From NCBI RefSeq assembly GCF_001194135.2, contig NC_068981.1, forward strand, positions 75,085,274 through 75,117,499: a stretch of 32,226 nucleotides of DNA, given 5' to 3'. Position 1 is the stretch's first letter, and each line of letters starts with the position of its first letter. Position numbers and translations under genes: made by a program. Shown one piece after another: positions 1 to 11,890 of the stretch. This DNA is from Octopus bimaculoides (lineage: Eukaryota). The notes beneath the pieces were generated by a model, which worked only from the letters and a program-made list of their open reading frames with translations, did not search any database and was not told the DNA's origin.

Positions 1-44
<44 letters not shown>

Positions 45-111
45 GTTAATAAGAGTGACGGAAGATGGAAGATACAAGGATAGAATATATATATATATAT
101 ATATATATATA
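1..111. repeat. (CA)n(TA)n at 1-46 and (TA)n at 85-111
   Basis: Direct reading. Confidence 0.95.
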
Positions 112-491
112 TCGTTGCTATTATGCAATGTAGTCGTAAGTCCAAAACATAGCTTTTTCAGAAAGCGAAAGAATAGTTTCATCATTCGATTTCAGCTTAA
201 CAATAATACTTTGTTGGGTCCATAAAATCGTAACTCCATGCATGTATGATATTTTCAGTTAGAAATATTTTTGCTAAACCGTGGTATATGGTACTTACTA
301 CACTTTTGAAAAATGCTAAACCGTTGTACTACATTCTGACAATTTTCATATCTTGGCATCTGAAGCAGCTGGAGATACGATAGTTTGACCAAAAGAACCG
401 GCTATTGCAAGCAAAATTAGATATTGCAAAAAAAAAAAAAAACGCATTTCGTCAAATTTGTACGTACGACAGTTTAACATTATAGCAACGA
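112..491. mobile_element. MITE-like non-autonomous DNA transposon (Tc1/mariner-type TA flanks)
   Basis: Imperfect terminal inverted repeats at 112-146 and 457-491 (26/35 identical without gaps; first 10 bp TCGTTGCTAT perfect). TA at 110-111 and 492-493. No ORF inside. Confidence 0.6.
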
Positions 492-904
492 TATGTACAT
501 AATTGTATACGTGTAAACATATACATAAGTAGTTTTTCTTAAGAGCAATTGAGATCTACATTGGGATACTTATCACAAGTCCGAGAAAACGTTTTTGCAG
601 GAAACACAAATCTGCTACGTAGAAAGAATTTACGATAAAGGAGATTTGAATGATTGATAAATATTTATCTACTAACACGCCTCAACTACCGCTATTTCAC
701 AGCAGTCATGTTTCTTCACACTAGTTTATTCATTGTCGGTACGGCAGTCTCTAATTTTCATCCAGGCCCATTCGACCCATTCATCACTTCTCCTCCAGTA
801 ACCCTTGCTCTTTCTCACACTCTTCTTACCACACTCAGCTCTTCATCAAGGCATTATTTGCAGGAACACCAAAGTTTCTCTCTCTCACTGTATCCCCCTC
901 CAAC

Positions 905-1410
905 CGTCGCTCTGCGCGCGCGCTTGTGTGTGCGTGTGCGTGTGCGAATATGCGTGTGAATGTAGGCACAGTGTGTGTACATATATTAAATAAATGTGTT
1001 CATGTACACAATATATAAATGTATATGCACGTATACACATATGAGTGTGTGTGTGTGTGTGTTTGTTTGAGTGTGATATATGCATGTGAATGTACGCACG
1101 TATGCATATATTAATCTGTGTATGTATATTAGATAAATTTGTGCATGTGTATAATATATAAATGTTATATGTATATCATATATATATACATTAATGTTTG
1201 TGCATGTATAAATACATACACATACGCGCACACAGAAACACACAAGCACACACAAACACATATGTGTGTGTATGTGTATGTGTGTATGTGCGTATGTGTG
1301 TATGTGTGTTTGTGTGTGTTTGTGTGTGTTTGTGTGTGTGTCTGTCTGTCTGCGTACAATGTACTCACAAATACCGAAACGCATAAACACAAGATTTGTA
1401 TCTATATCTA
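905..1410. repeat. Compound purine-pyrimidine alternating low-complexity tract (GC/GT/TA/CA)
   Basis: Direct reading; source of the HTHT/CVCV ORFs. Confidence 0.9.
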
Positions 1411-1974
1411 AGTTAATGCGTATTTAGGTAGACTACAACGGTATGCTTGCATATCTATTAGTGTATAACTATGTAGGATGTGTGTGTTTTTTGTTCATTG
1501 GCTAAGGAAAGACAACACATGTTACTTTAATGGTGGTATTTTTATTACGAGACCCATGATAAATACTGTAGCAACACTTTCAATGATATATATCAGTAAA
1601 TATAAATGTCTTCTGATATATTTTAGGACTCTCCATAAAGATATAAAATTCATCGCATATTTTCATTCTTGTTCCATTTGTGGGATACATTAAGAATTTT
1701 AAGTGAGAATCTATGGGCGTTTTTGATGTACAGGGAAGTGTATCGTCTTTTATGTTAATTGTAAACATGGCAAATAAATACCAGAATTAGATTTTATATT
1801 CGCTTACTTGGATTTGTTTTGGTCCGTAAGAGTAGCTTATATCGTTCGCTTGTAACAATGCATGGAGAGAATGGTATCATATCAGCACTCCTAAGATGAA
1901 TCTAGACTTTATAAGCTTGAAAAATTATACGTACACATAGAGAGAGAACTGCATTTATCATTTGTTAATTTGAG

Positions 1975-2074
1975 CGTATATGTATACATAGACACTGACC
2001 CAAACACACAGACACAAAGAGACACAGGAATACAGACACACAGACACACATACATAAACGCATATGTATATATA

Positions 2075-2106
<32 letters not shown>

Positions 2107-2135
2107 CATATATATACATACATATATATATGTAT
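1975..2135. repeat. Compound CA/TA/TG microsatellite
   Basis: Direct reading. Confidence 0.9.
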
Positions 2136-3564
2136 TGTCCAAAGGAATAGGTATAAAAGAGAGAAAACCAGCCAGTCTGTTACAGTCTGTCAGACGTAGG
2201 CCATGATGAATACCACAAGGTATGAAAATACGTATTCGCCTTTATATATTTAATTCTTTATATTGAACACTCAATATTTCATATATTCAATAAGACATCC
2301 AATACTTCATTTCATTGTACCATCCATTTTTATATTATATATTATATATTCCATACTCTATATNNNNNNNNNNNNNNNNNNNNNNNNNNNNNNNNNNNNN
2401 NNNNNNNNNNNNNNNNNNNNNNNNNNNNNNNNNNNNNNNNNNNNNNNNNNNNNNNNNNNNNNNNNNNNNNNNNNNNNNNNNNNNNNNNNNNNNNNNNNNN
2501 NNNNNNNNNNNNNNNNNNNNNNNNNNNNNNNNNNNNNNNNNNNNNNNNNNNNNNNNNNNNNNNNNNNNNNNNNNNNNNNNNNNNNNNNNNNNNNNNNNNN
2601 NNNNNNNNNNNNNNNNNNNNNNNNNNNNNNNNNNNNNNNNNNNNNNNNNNNNNNNNNNNNNNNNNNNNNNNNNNNNNNNNNNNNNNNNNNNNNNNNNNNN
2701 NNNNNNNNNNNNNNNNNNNNNNNNNNNNNNNNNNNNNNNNNNNNNNNNNNNNNNNNNNNNNNNNNNNNNNNNNNNNNNNNNNNNNNNNNNNNNNNNNNNN
2801 NNNNNNNNNNNNNNNNNNNNNNNNNNNNNNNNNNNNNNNNNNNNNNNNNNNNNNNNNNNNNNNNNNNNNNNNNNNNNNNNNNNNNNNNNNNNNNNNNNNN
2901 NNNNNNNNNNNNNNNNNNNNNNNNNNNNNNNNNNNNNNNNNNNNNNNNNNNNNNNNNNNNNNNNNNNNNNNNNNNNNNNNNNNNNNNNNNNNNNNNNNNN
3001 NNNNNNNNNNNNNNNNNNNNNNNNNNNNNNNNNNNNNNNNNNNNNNNNNNNNNNNNNNNNNNNNNNNNNNNNNNNNNNNNNNNNNNNNNNNNNNNNNNNN
3101 NNNNNNNNNNNNNNNNNNNNNNNNNNNNNNNNNNNNNNNNNNNNNNNNNNNNNNNNNNNNNNNNTATATATATATATATATATGTATATATCAAAATAGT
3201 CAGTGAATAATGCAATCGTAATCAGGTAACCTTTTTTTCTGATCTTTACTTCATTAGAGATTTATACCGGTAAATGTCTCTGACGAAGTGAGGGCTTAGA
3301 AACACTATCTGGCCTGGGTTGCATAATTCTGATACTATCGTCTCTGAAACACGTGTGGGTTGGCATAAGTAAATAATTTGATACGACACGGCAGTTTTGT
3401 CATACTATAACACACACATACACATTTATGAATGTAAAATGAGCCCGCCTAACACTATCATGTTGGACACCCAGTTCACTTTTGTTGATTTCTGAAGGCT
3501 GGTGTGCTACTAGACTCATAGATAACATCTAGGTAATGTGGTATTACAACAGAACTAACTTGAA

Positions 3565-3629
3565 ATATAATATAATATAATATAATATAATATAATATAA
3601 CATAATATAATAAAATATAATATAATATA

Positions 3630-3687
<58 letters not shown>
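3565..3687. repeat. (TATAA)n followed by (TG)n, running into a gap
   Basis: Direct reading. Confidence 0.95.
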
Positions 3688-4699
3688 NNNNNNNNNNNNN
3701 NNNNNNNNNNNNNNNNNNNNNNNNNNNNNNNNNNNNNNNNNNNNNNNNNNNNNNNNNNNNNNNNNNNNNNNNNNNNNNNNNNNNNNNNNNNNNNNNNNNN
3801 NNNNNNNNNNNNNNNNNNNNNNNNNNNNNNNNNNNNNNNNNNNNNNNNNNNNNNNNNNNNNNNNNNNNNNNNNNNNNNNNNNNNNNNNNNNNNNNNNNNN
3901 NNNNNNNNNNNNNNNNNNNNNNNNNNNNNNNNNNNNNNNNNNNNNNNNNNNNNNNNNNNNNNNNNNNNNNNNNNNNNNNNNNNNNNNNNNNNNNNNNNNN
4001 NNNNNNNNNNNNNNNNNNNNNNNNNNNNNNNNNNNNNNNNNNNNNNNNNNNNNNNNNNNNNNNNNNNNNNNNNNNNNNNNNNNNNNNNNNNNNNNNNNNN
4101 NNNNNNNNNNNNNNNNNNNNNNNNNNNNNNNNNNNNNNNNNNNNNNNNNNNNNNNNNNNNNNNNNNNNNNNNNNNNNNNNNNNNNNNNNNNNNNNNNNNN
4201 NNNNNNNNNNNNNNNNNNNNNNNNNNNNNNNNNNNNNNNNNNNNNNNNNNNNNNNNNNNNNNNNNNNNNNNNNNNNNNNNNNNNNNNNNNNNNNNNNNNN
4301 NNNNNNNNNNNNNNNNNNNNNNNNNNNNNNNNNNNNNNNNNNNNNNNNNNNNNNNNNNNNNNNNNNNNNNNNNNNNNNNNNNNNNNNNNNNNNNNNNNNN
4401 NNNNNNNNNNNNTATACACACAATTACACCTTGGGAGAGGCATTATGCCGGTAATAAACACACTTTTAGTGCCTTATAATTTAACACCAACTCACATAAA
4501 GTATCGTGCAAACCAAATCCCAAAACGAACTTTTTTCCCTCCTTTCTTTCTCTCCTTGTTTCTTTCTGTGTTCCTTTCTGTGGAAGAGCGTAGGCTCGAA
4601 ACATTAAAGACTTTTTCAATTCTCGAGCGTTATACTAATACATCTGTTTGTTGTCTACACTACCTGTCTTCATCCTTTGCTTTTTTTGTGTATTGTCCC

Positions 4700-4714
4700 T
4701 ATATATATATACAT

Positions 4715-4775
<61 letters not shown>

Positions 4776-4811
4776 TGTGCGTGTGTGAACTTATATATAT
4801 ATATATATATA
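4700..4811. repeat. Compound TA/CA/TG microsatellite
   Basis: Direct reading. Confidence 0.9.
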
Positions 4812-6075
4812 CTGATTCATATCAACTGGCATAGAAAATGAAAAAAATACTTATATAGCTATGTTTGAGCATCATGTCCTTCAGAATAGTCACTTATGCA
4901 GCAATACACCGGTCTCTTTTGGAATCCGGCGTGGGAGTCGTTTTCCGTGAGTCGATGACTTACGATTCACTCTGAATCTCGACAACAATGTCTAAACGGC
5001 AACTTTTGACCTGCATTTTCATCTTGGAGATGAGATGGAAGTCCCCAGGTGCTAAATCTGGAGAACAGGGCGGGTGCGGAAGCGATGCCATGTTATATTT
5101 TGGTGAGAAACTCACGAGTGAGGGGAGCTTGGTGACAGGGTGCATTGCTGTCATGAAGAATCCAATTCTTCATGCTTCCTAGATCTGGTCGCTTTCGCCT
5201 AATGTCTTCTCTCAAACGCTTAAAAACGCCGTAGAACACTCGATTGAAGGTATGATCCTGGAGTCGGAATTTTCGATGCAGAATACCACAGATGTCGAAA
5301 AAAGATGATGAGCATGTTCTTGATTGACCTGTGATCTATCGTGCCTTCTCCAGTTGTGAAGATGAAGGAGTCTTCTATTGTAACGACTGCTAGTTCGTCT
5401 CGGGATCGAGCTCACAGACTCAACTCTTGTCACCCGTGGTGACCCTCGACATAAAGGAGGGGTTATCAGCTGAGGGACTTGAGGGACTTGAGGGACTTCG
5501 ACGTAATGTTCTTCGTACTCAGTGGTCAGTGATGGTGGTGGAGGCAAACTTGGCAGAGACACACCGCATTTCCAATTCAGAGGTTAGGATTGCCAGTAAG
5601 GACTCAATACGACAGACCACCAACAACAGAAATGTCATTGGCTGTCCTCTGAAGATGCCCATGCAGAAGCTAATCAGTTTTCTCCATATTTCCAGGGGTG
5701 TTGCTCGTGGTAGGTCTTCCAGATCGCTCGTCGTCTTCCAGGGATGTTCCGCGTTTGAAGTGCCCGTGCCATTCGAACATTGCACACGACCCATCTCGTC
5801 GTCACTGTAAGCTTACTGAAGCATGCTCAATGCCTTTGGAGAAGATTTCCCAAGTTTAATTCAAAGTTTAGTGCCCCAACTTCCTGTCCACGACAAAATC
5901 GCAGACTACAGCATACTCGTGGTCACAGAAACACAAACTTCTTTACTTGCGAAATAAACATAGCGATGTCACTCGGCACGCTACCTCATGACGATCACTG
6001 CTCGCTCTTACTGCGCAGGCAACCATGTGCTGCCATCTGTGGGCGGGCTACAGAATTGAACCGGGAGCATTTTCA
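4812..6075 (-). mobile_element. Decayed mariner DNA transposon (ends approximate)
   Basis: GC-richer block carrying a full transposase remnant, with (TA)n at the left end. TIRs are too eroded to fix exactly. Confidence 0.7.
4859..5891 (-). pseudogene. Mariner DD34D transposase pseudogene
   Basis: Manual frame-joined translation gives the HTH region (SLEDDERSGRPTTSN), EMRCVSAKF (WVPH-like linker), SRVTTGDKS (first Asp), LHDSNAPCH (second Asp mutated), PHPPCSPDLAPGDFH (third Asp, 34-residue spacing) and a DRCIAA..EG C-terminus. Many stops and frameshifts. Confidence 0.9.
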
Positions 6076-6192
6076 TAAATATTTCATTAAATTTAAAGTT
6101 ACAAATTATATGAAAAATATTATGAATGATTTTGTAAGCTCTTATTGTTCTGCGTTTGTTTGTGGAATTTTTATACAAAGAACTTAATATTA

Positions 6193-6380
6193 TTTTCAAA
6201 GTTTGGTACAAGGCTTGCAATTTCAGAGGAAGGATGAGTCGATCACATTCACCCAGTGTTTAACTGGTACTTATTTTATCAAACCCGAAGGAACGGAAGT
6301 TTAAGGGACCTCGGAGGAATTTGAACTTAGAACGTAAAGACGCACGAAATGCCAACGCGCATTTTGCTTGGTGTCACCTT
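6193..6380 (-). mobile_element. tRNA-derived SINE copy 1 (decayed)
   Basis: Aligns by eye to the other copies (ACTGGTACTTATTTTATC, GGAATTTGAACTTAGAACGTAAAGAC). Confidence 0.8.
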
Positions 6381-6509
6381 AGCAACCATCAATATCGTCT
6401 GATTTCAAAAATATACTAAGCATACTGAAATATTAAGAGAATACAAGAAGAGGATCAACAAGGCAATTACTTGTTAATAGTACTACTTGACGATCTCATG
6501 CAATAAAAT

Positions 6510-6615
6510 ATTGTAAGTTAGGAATAATGGTTATGGCTGACAGATGGAAAATCTGAATCGAGAAACTGAATCGCTGACTTTATGCGCTTAGGGACAAGCC
6601 TTAACAAAGAACTAA
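6510..6615 (+). mobile_element. Small R4/Dong LINE fragment (region after the RT)
   Basis: Frame-joined WLWLTDG-NRETESLTLCA*GQALTKN resembles WLW..TDLKIETNALISAAQEQALRSN at about 31420-31510. Confidence 0.5.
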
Positions 6616-6950
6616 TAATTATTTTATAATATTAGCAAACTATCTCGTTAAGAAAATCTCTATTAGAGACGAAAACAGTATTTATACTGAGAAGTAAGGT
6701 TTATCGCCAACTAAACGTGCGTGTTCTATACGAACAGACGATACTGATATTTTAACCTCAGGAGGACGACTCCTCCAGCTGATTATTCAATGCGCTTCGC
6801 AATCGAAGTATATTGCAAGTAGGAAGAAAATTCCTTACTATTCAAGATCAAAGACTACCAGATCACATGGTTTTGATCTCACTTTGATTATCCTCACTGA
6901 TGGATACTTATCTGCTAGACACAGCGGTAGTTTATTCCAGCTTGCACTAT

Positions 6951-7100
6951 ACTGGCAGGGTAATTAGTGATTCGGACAAAACTCTTTGCCATTCATCCTT
7001 TCGGTGCCGATAAATTAAGTACCAGCTAAGAGCTAGGGCTTATGTAATCGATTAACATCTTTTTCTATACCTGCCGGCCTCAGCTAAATTTTGAGCCCCT
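6951..7100 (+). mobile_element. SINE copy 2 (internally deleted)
   Basis: Head CTGGCAGGGTAATTAG joined directly to CTTTGCCATTCATCCTTTCGG..GATAAATTAAGTACCAG. Confidence 0.65.
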
Positions 7101-7877
7101 TATAGTTTTATTCACAGCTAAATAAGAAAATTAAGTAGAAAAATATTTGATGCTAGTTGTGTTGCTACACGAACTGGTTTCATATGGTACTGTAAATATC
7201 ACATCGTTGCATACATCTTACTAATATTTTGTTCTTTTTCGATGAAGGAAGTCAAAATGTGTTCATAAATTTTGATATTTTTTATTGATATATCAATTTC
7301 TATATTGATATAACAACGCTGATATATCAATTTCTATTGATATAACAACGCTTACGATCATAAATTTCCTAAGGAGTGGGTGACTAAAATATTAATTAAT
7401 CAAGGAATAGATTATTAATGGTCTGGAAACAATTCCGGCGATGGAATTTGTTATGTAGTATATGGTGGGGGTTGTTATAGTTTTATATTCTTTGTTAATT
7501 CAATTACCTTTAACTACAATATCCATAACAATAAAGAGCCATTATAACTACATTTTAAACAGTATCTATGCTAATTCTGACATGGATACAAACGATGTCG
7601 ATAATAATTTGAATAATAATAATGACGATAATTATATAAATATATAAATAAATGAAATAAAACTATAAATAGTAGTTACAAAGTGATATGATTTAAATGA
7701 CGGTATCAAAACAAAACAGTATAATATAAATGTTAATATTGTGATTAACAGTATTTATGGATTGAGTAAAATAATGGTGACAGTAAAAATACAAATAACA
7801 TGAATGATAATGATAATACCATTTATAGAAATAATATATTAATTAAAATATTAACATTATAAGCAGTAATAATATAA

Positions 7878-8097
7878 GTTTCAAACTTTGCCAAAAGGCC
7901 AGCAATTTCGGGTGAAGGGCAAGTCGATAACATCGACCTCCAAGGCTGAAGTGATACTTATTTTATCGACTATTTTATCGATTTCGCAAGGATGAAAGGT
8001 TAAATCGACCTTGGTGGAATTCGACCTCAGTGGCATATGAATTGAGAACTTAAAGTCGGAAGAAATACCGCAAAGCATTTTGTCCGGCGTACTAACA
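7878..8097 (-). mobile_element. SINE copy 3
   Basis: Family match, with an internal TATTTTATCGA duplication. The head is truncated against AATAATAAT. Confidence 0.85.
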
Positions 8098-8299
8098 ATA
8101 ATAATGGAAACTAACTCTCTATTATTTTCATGTCTGTGTTAATCCTTCTGGCAAGAATATTGACAAAATATGTCTGCTTGCACAGTGAGAATATTTAGCA
8201 AGTATATTCGTTTTTAGTTTGGTGTAATAAGTATACGATTTTAATTTTAGCCCTTATAGATGCAATCCCAAGAGGAGCAATCGTAAAAACGACCAGGCT

Positions 8300-9890
8300 T
8301 TGTACTGTAATATATTAATATAAGCAGTAGTTTCTCCGATTACAAAAGAAAGTGGATATGCATTCAAACTACGCCCAAATGGGAATATCAAAACATAAAC
8401 AAGCGGTACTGAAAACTAATACACAGAGAAAGATAGAAAATAAAATAAAAGATCTGTCAGTCCTTAATGAAATTACTAACCCAGCATCACTATTAAACAA
8501 CAAGAAAGAAAGAAAAACACTACGGAAATATAAATAACAAAACAAGATGTACCTGAAACAAAAGAACATCTAAAGCAAGATATCCTTGCTAAAGCACAAA
8601 GAATCCGTCGGTATAAAAACTATCAACCATTCTTTGAACAATCCACAATGATTCTACTAAAAACCTGTTAAAGATAAATTATAAATCAATGCAGTGCCAG
8701 TCGCAGGAAAAGTGGAAGAATTTTTATAAGTATGGGTTCCGAAGAAAATACCCCAGAAAAGATTAATTAAAACGTGAACCTCGGCACGTGAAGAACTCTG
8801 GACACTAACAGCAGCAGAAGAGGAAAGCCAAGGAGTGCAAAAATCAAATAACTTAAAGGCACCAGGGCACGACAAAATTCTTAATTTCTGATTAACATGT
8901 TTTACAGGGACACACAAAGTGCTGGCAGAGCAGTTTAATGAAATGTTAAGAGAGTCAGAGATAACTCCCGAATTGCTCACAAAAGAGGGAATTTCTTTGG
9001 TTGTCGGAGAATTTCTACGATTTCCCTACAATAGGCAAGGCATCTAGAAGATAACAGTCTGTTTCTAGAAAGGCAGAAAGGATGCTGCAGATGCTCACTT
9101 TCCTGTAAAGATCAGTTATTGATTTGACAAAGCCATAACTGAAGATTGCTGAAAGAAAAAGTATAGCTTAAGCATGTCTTGCATCGATTACTGGAAAGTT
9201 TCTGACAATATTCCCCACATATCGACTCTTGAAACACTAGGCATGAGCAACGTAATGCCAACAGTGTTAACATTTATAAAACATATCATGAATAAATAGG
9301 AAACAGCTCTGCAGTTAAAGTCTGAAGATAGTATTATAAAATAAAGCCATACGCATTTGAAGGGCAACAATCCAAGGATACTACTGTCTTCATACCTTTT
9401 TTATCTGGCTCTAACGCTTTTAACCGTCATGCTAACGTGAACTAGGCCTAGATAAATTGTTATAGAAAAACCATCAACTATTTCTTGCATACACATGATT
9501 TCAAGCTATTTGCTGCAGATGATTAACAACAGGAAACAGTACATGGAGTTACCAAAGAGACAGACTCGCCCTACAAAAATATGCAAAACAAACATTGAAA
9601 AGAGGAAAATTAATTAAAAATAACAATATCACACTAGATGAAGAAAATGAAATAAGAGAACTTAACCTATCCCGGAAATACAAATACTTAGAAATCAACG
9701 AATTATATACGGTACAACACACTAATGAAAAATAAGGAAGGATTATCATAGACAAATTAGATTAATATTTAAAACATAGCTCAAAGCAAAAACTAAATTA
9801 ACATGCATCAATACTCTAGATGACCCAGTTATAAGTTATAGTCAGAATATTCTTTACTGAACATTAAATGAAATACAAAGAAACTCTAGA
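8300..9890 (+). pseudogene. R4/Dong LINE fragment including reverse transcriptase (heavily decayed)
   Basis: Frame-joined motifs HLKQDILAKAQRIRRYK, NLKAPGHDKILNFW, QKGCCRCSLSCKDQL, MSCIDYWKVSDNIPH, INYFLHTHDFKLFA (YMDD box decayed) and KYKYLEINE. These are collinear with the copy at 28.8-32.1 kb. Confidence 0.85.
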
Positions 9891-9990
9891 AATACAGATA
9901 ACCCTAATGTGGGTCCTTAAGACAGAAATAACCCTTATAAGTTGCATGAGGCATAGTTAAAAGACATACAAATGCGAAAAGCGGATCTAA

Positions 9991-9992
<2 letters not shown>

Positions 9993-10057
<65 letters not shown>
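9993..10057. repeat. (TA)n
   Basis: Direct reading. Confidence 0.97.
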
Positions 10058-10058
<1 letters not shown>

Positions 10059-10162
10059 TAACAAATTAAGGAAAGGAATTCCCTCAAAGGGGTGTGTAAA
10101 ACATCCAATTCATTGGTATGTCAGTTGAATATCACATAAATATGGGTATAGTGCAAATTACA

Positions 10163-10348
10163 AACAAATTAAATAGAGAGATTCAATTGACAATCCAATA
10201 ATTTATTTATATTATAACATAATATACTATGAATTTAATATAACATAAAACATCATTAAAACACCAAAAATAGCTAACAATTTGTTTCGACTTCTTTAAA
10301 TCATTTCATTTATAAAGAATACCTATCCTCTTATATAAGTGTCTTCAG
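10163..10348 (-). repeat. Second, antisense copy of the hammerhead-bearing repeat (Penelope pLTR-like)
   Basis: The reverse complement aligns with 12823-13012 (CTGAAGA.ACTTATATAAG...GTCGAAACAAATTGTT.GCTA...TTATTGGATTGTCAATTGAATCTC). Confidence 0.85.
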
Positions 10349-11352
10349 ACCTTTGATTTATAGACAGACGAAATTCCGTTTGAAAGGACGACTGGATTGT
10401 AAATCCAGTAGTCCTAAGTATTATGAGTGTGAGCGTTAACTTTTCAACTACATAACAATCACAATTAAAAAAACAAAAAAATTATAACGAAGAAAATAAT
10501 TAAGTAAATAGATTCTGAAACTATCAAAATATATTTCTATATATCTTAAATGATATTAATCCAAATTCGTTTAAGTCGAAGACAATCTTTGGCTATTATA
10601 ATAATATACAACAACAAACAATATATAGGTATATAAATTAAGTATCAGGGTCTTACTTAATGTAGAGACTGTAATAAAATGTGTAAATAAATATAAATGA
10701 TAATATACTATTATATTAGTAATATATAACAACGTTCTCTTTTATTTAAAGTTACTGATGTAAAAAAAAAAAAATTGTTTAAAGTAACTAACAAAAAATG
10801 TCCTTTATTTAGTTTGCCGCAAGGAGAATTCCGTAATAAATATAAAGAGAAACCTAACGAAAATGTTTCTTATCTACTTAATGTATCGGAGGGAGAATTC
10901 CATAATAAATATGAACATAAACTTATAGCTACAATAAATACAACCTATATTACCCCATAGATAAAGAGTTAAGCTATAATAATGGATATCAAAATATTAC
11001 TAGTTTTACAGAAGTAACCAAATTTGAAGTTACTTGAATAAGGATTATTCACAGTAAATGTCCCTGTATTCGTTTATTATGGAAGGGAGAACGCAGTAAA
11101 TAAAATAAAATAAGATGAACAAAAGCAAGGATAGACTACCGATACTTGATAAATTTAATTACTTTCGATATGTACTATAAATAGTATATATCCATATTTT
11201 GTGAATTTTTTCAGAAGTAACAAAATTATATTGGTGTAATAAGAATACGAGTTATAAACAATACAATACTATAATAATTATTATTGTGGTTATTAAATTC
11301 AGTTAGTAAGTCAAATAAAAATATTCATTCATTTATTATTATTATTATTATT

Positions 11353-11577
11353 GTTCAGTAGCTTTATTTTGATAACGTGCTTTCACTTCACTACCGAGCG
11401 CAGCTCTGTGCGCCTTGGGTATGTGCTGTGGTTTGCTGTAGTGCTCTTATGTTTACTGCATTGAAAGTGTTTTGCGAAGAATGTGTGCAGTACCCAGTAG
11501 TGCAATTTTCTGTATGTTATATATATTTGTAAGTCCTGGTATTTTTGTTATGTATTTGTCTGAATATTTTTTTATTA
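11353..11577 (-). mobile_element. 5'-truncated R4/Dong LINE 3' end (subfamily A)
   Basis: Encodes IKKYSDKYITKIPGLTNIYNIQKIALLGTAHILRKTLSMQ*, then a 3' UTR, then (TAA)n at 11333-11352 in element orientation. Confidence 0.9.
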
Positions 11578-11779
11578 CGCTATTATACATCTCTACGGTC
11601 TGGGTTTGTTGTTTTTTGCTTACTTCGTTTTTGCCGGAAATGTTACGTTTGTCCTCGTGTTTTGCTATCTCAGTGTTTATATTATTATTTGGCATTGCTG
11701 TGTGACTACTNNNNNNNNNNNNNNNNNNNNNNNNNNNNNNNNNNNNNNNNNNNNNNNNNNNNNNNNNNNNNNNNNNNNN

Positions 11780-11851
<72 letters not shown>

Positions 11852-11890
11852 GTTGTTGTTGTTGTTTTTGTTGTTATTGTTGTTGTTGTT
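11780..11890. repeat. (ATT)n grading into (GTT)n
   Basis: Direct reading; the 3' flank of Dong copy B. Confidence 0.97.

Noticed and set aside
654-2206. ORFs rich in HTHT/CVCV/YIYI, and the 101-aa ORF 654-959
   Set aside because: Translations of dinucleotide repeats; no recognisable domain.
2186-3288. Candidate micro-exons 2186-2219 (LSDVGHDEYHK) and 3259-3288 (RFIPVNVSDE)
   Set aside because: Weak acceptor for the first. The second overlaps the hammerhead-like repeat remnant. Too short to distinguish from chance.
4988-6187. ORFs 4988-5182, 5212-5562, 5427-5810 and 5780-6187
   Set aside because: Antisense or off-frame readings of the mariner pseudogene. The apparent insertion at 5340-5810 is also mariner sequence.
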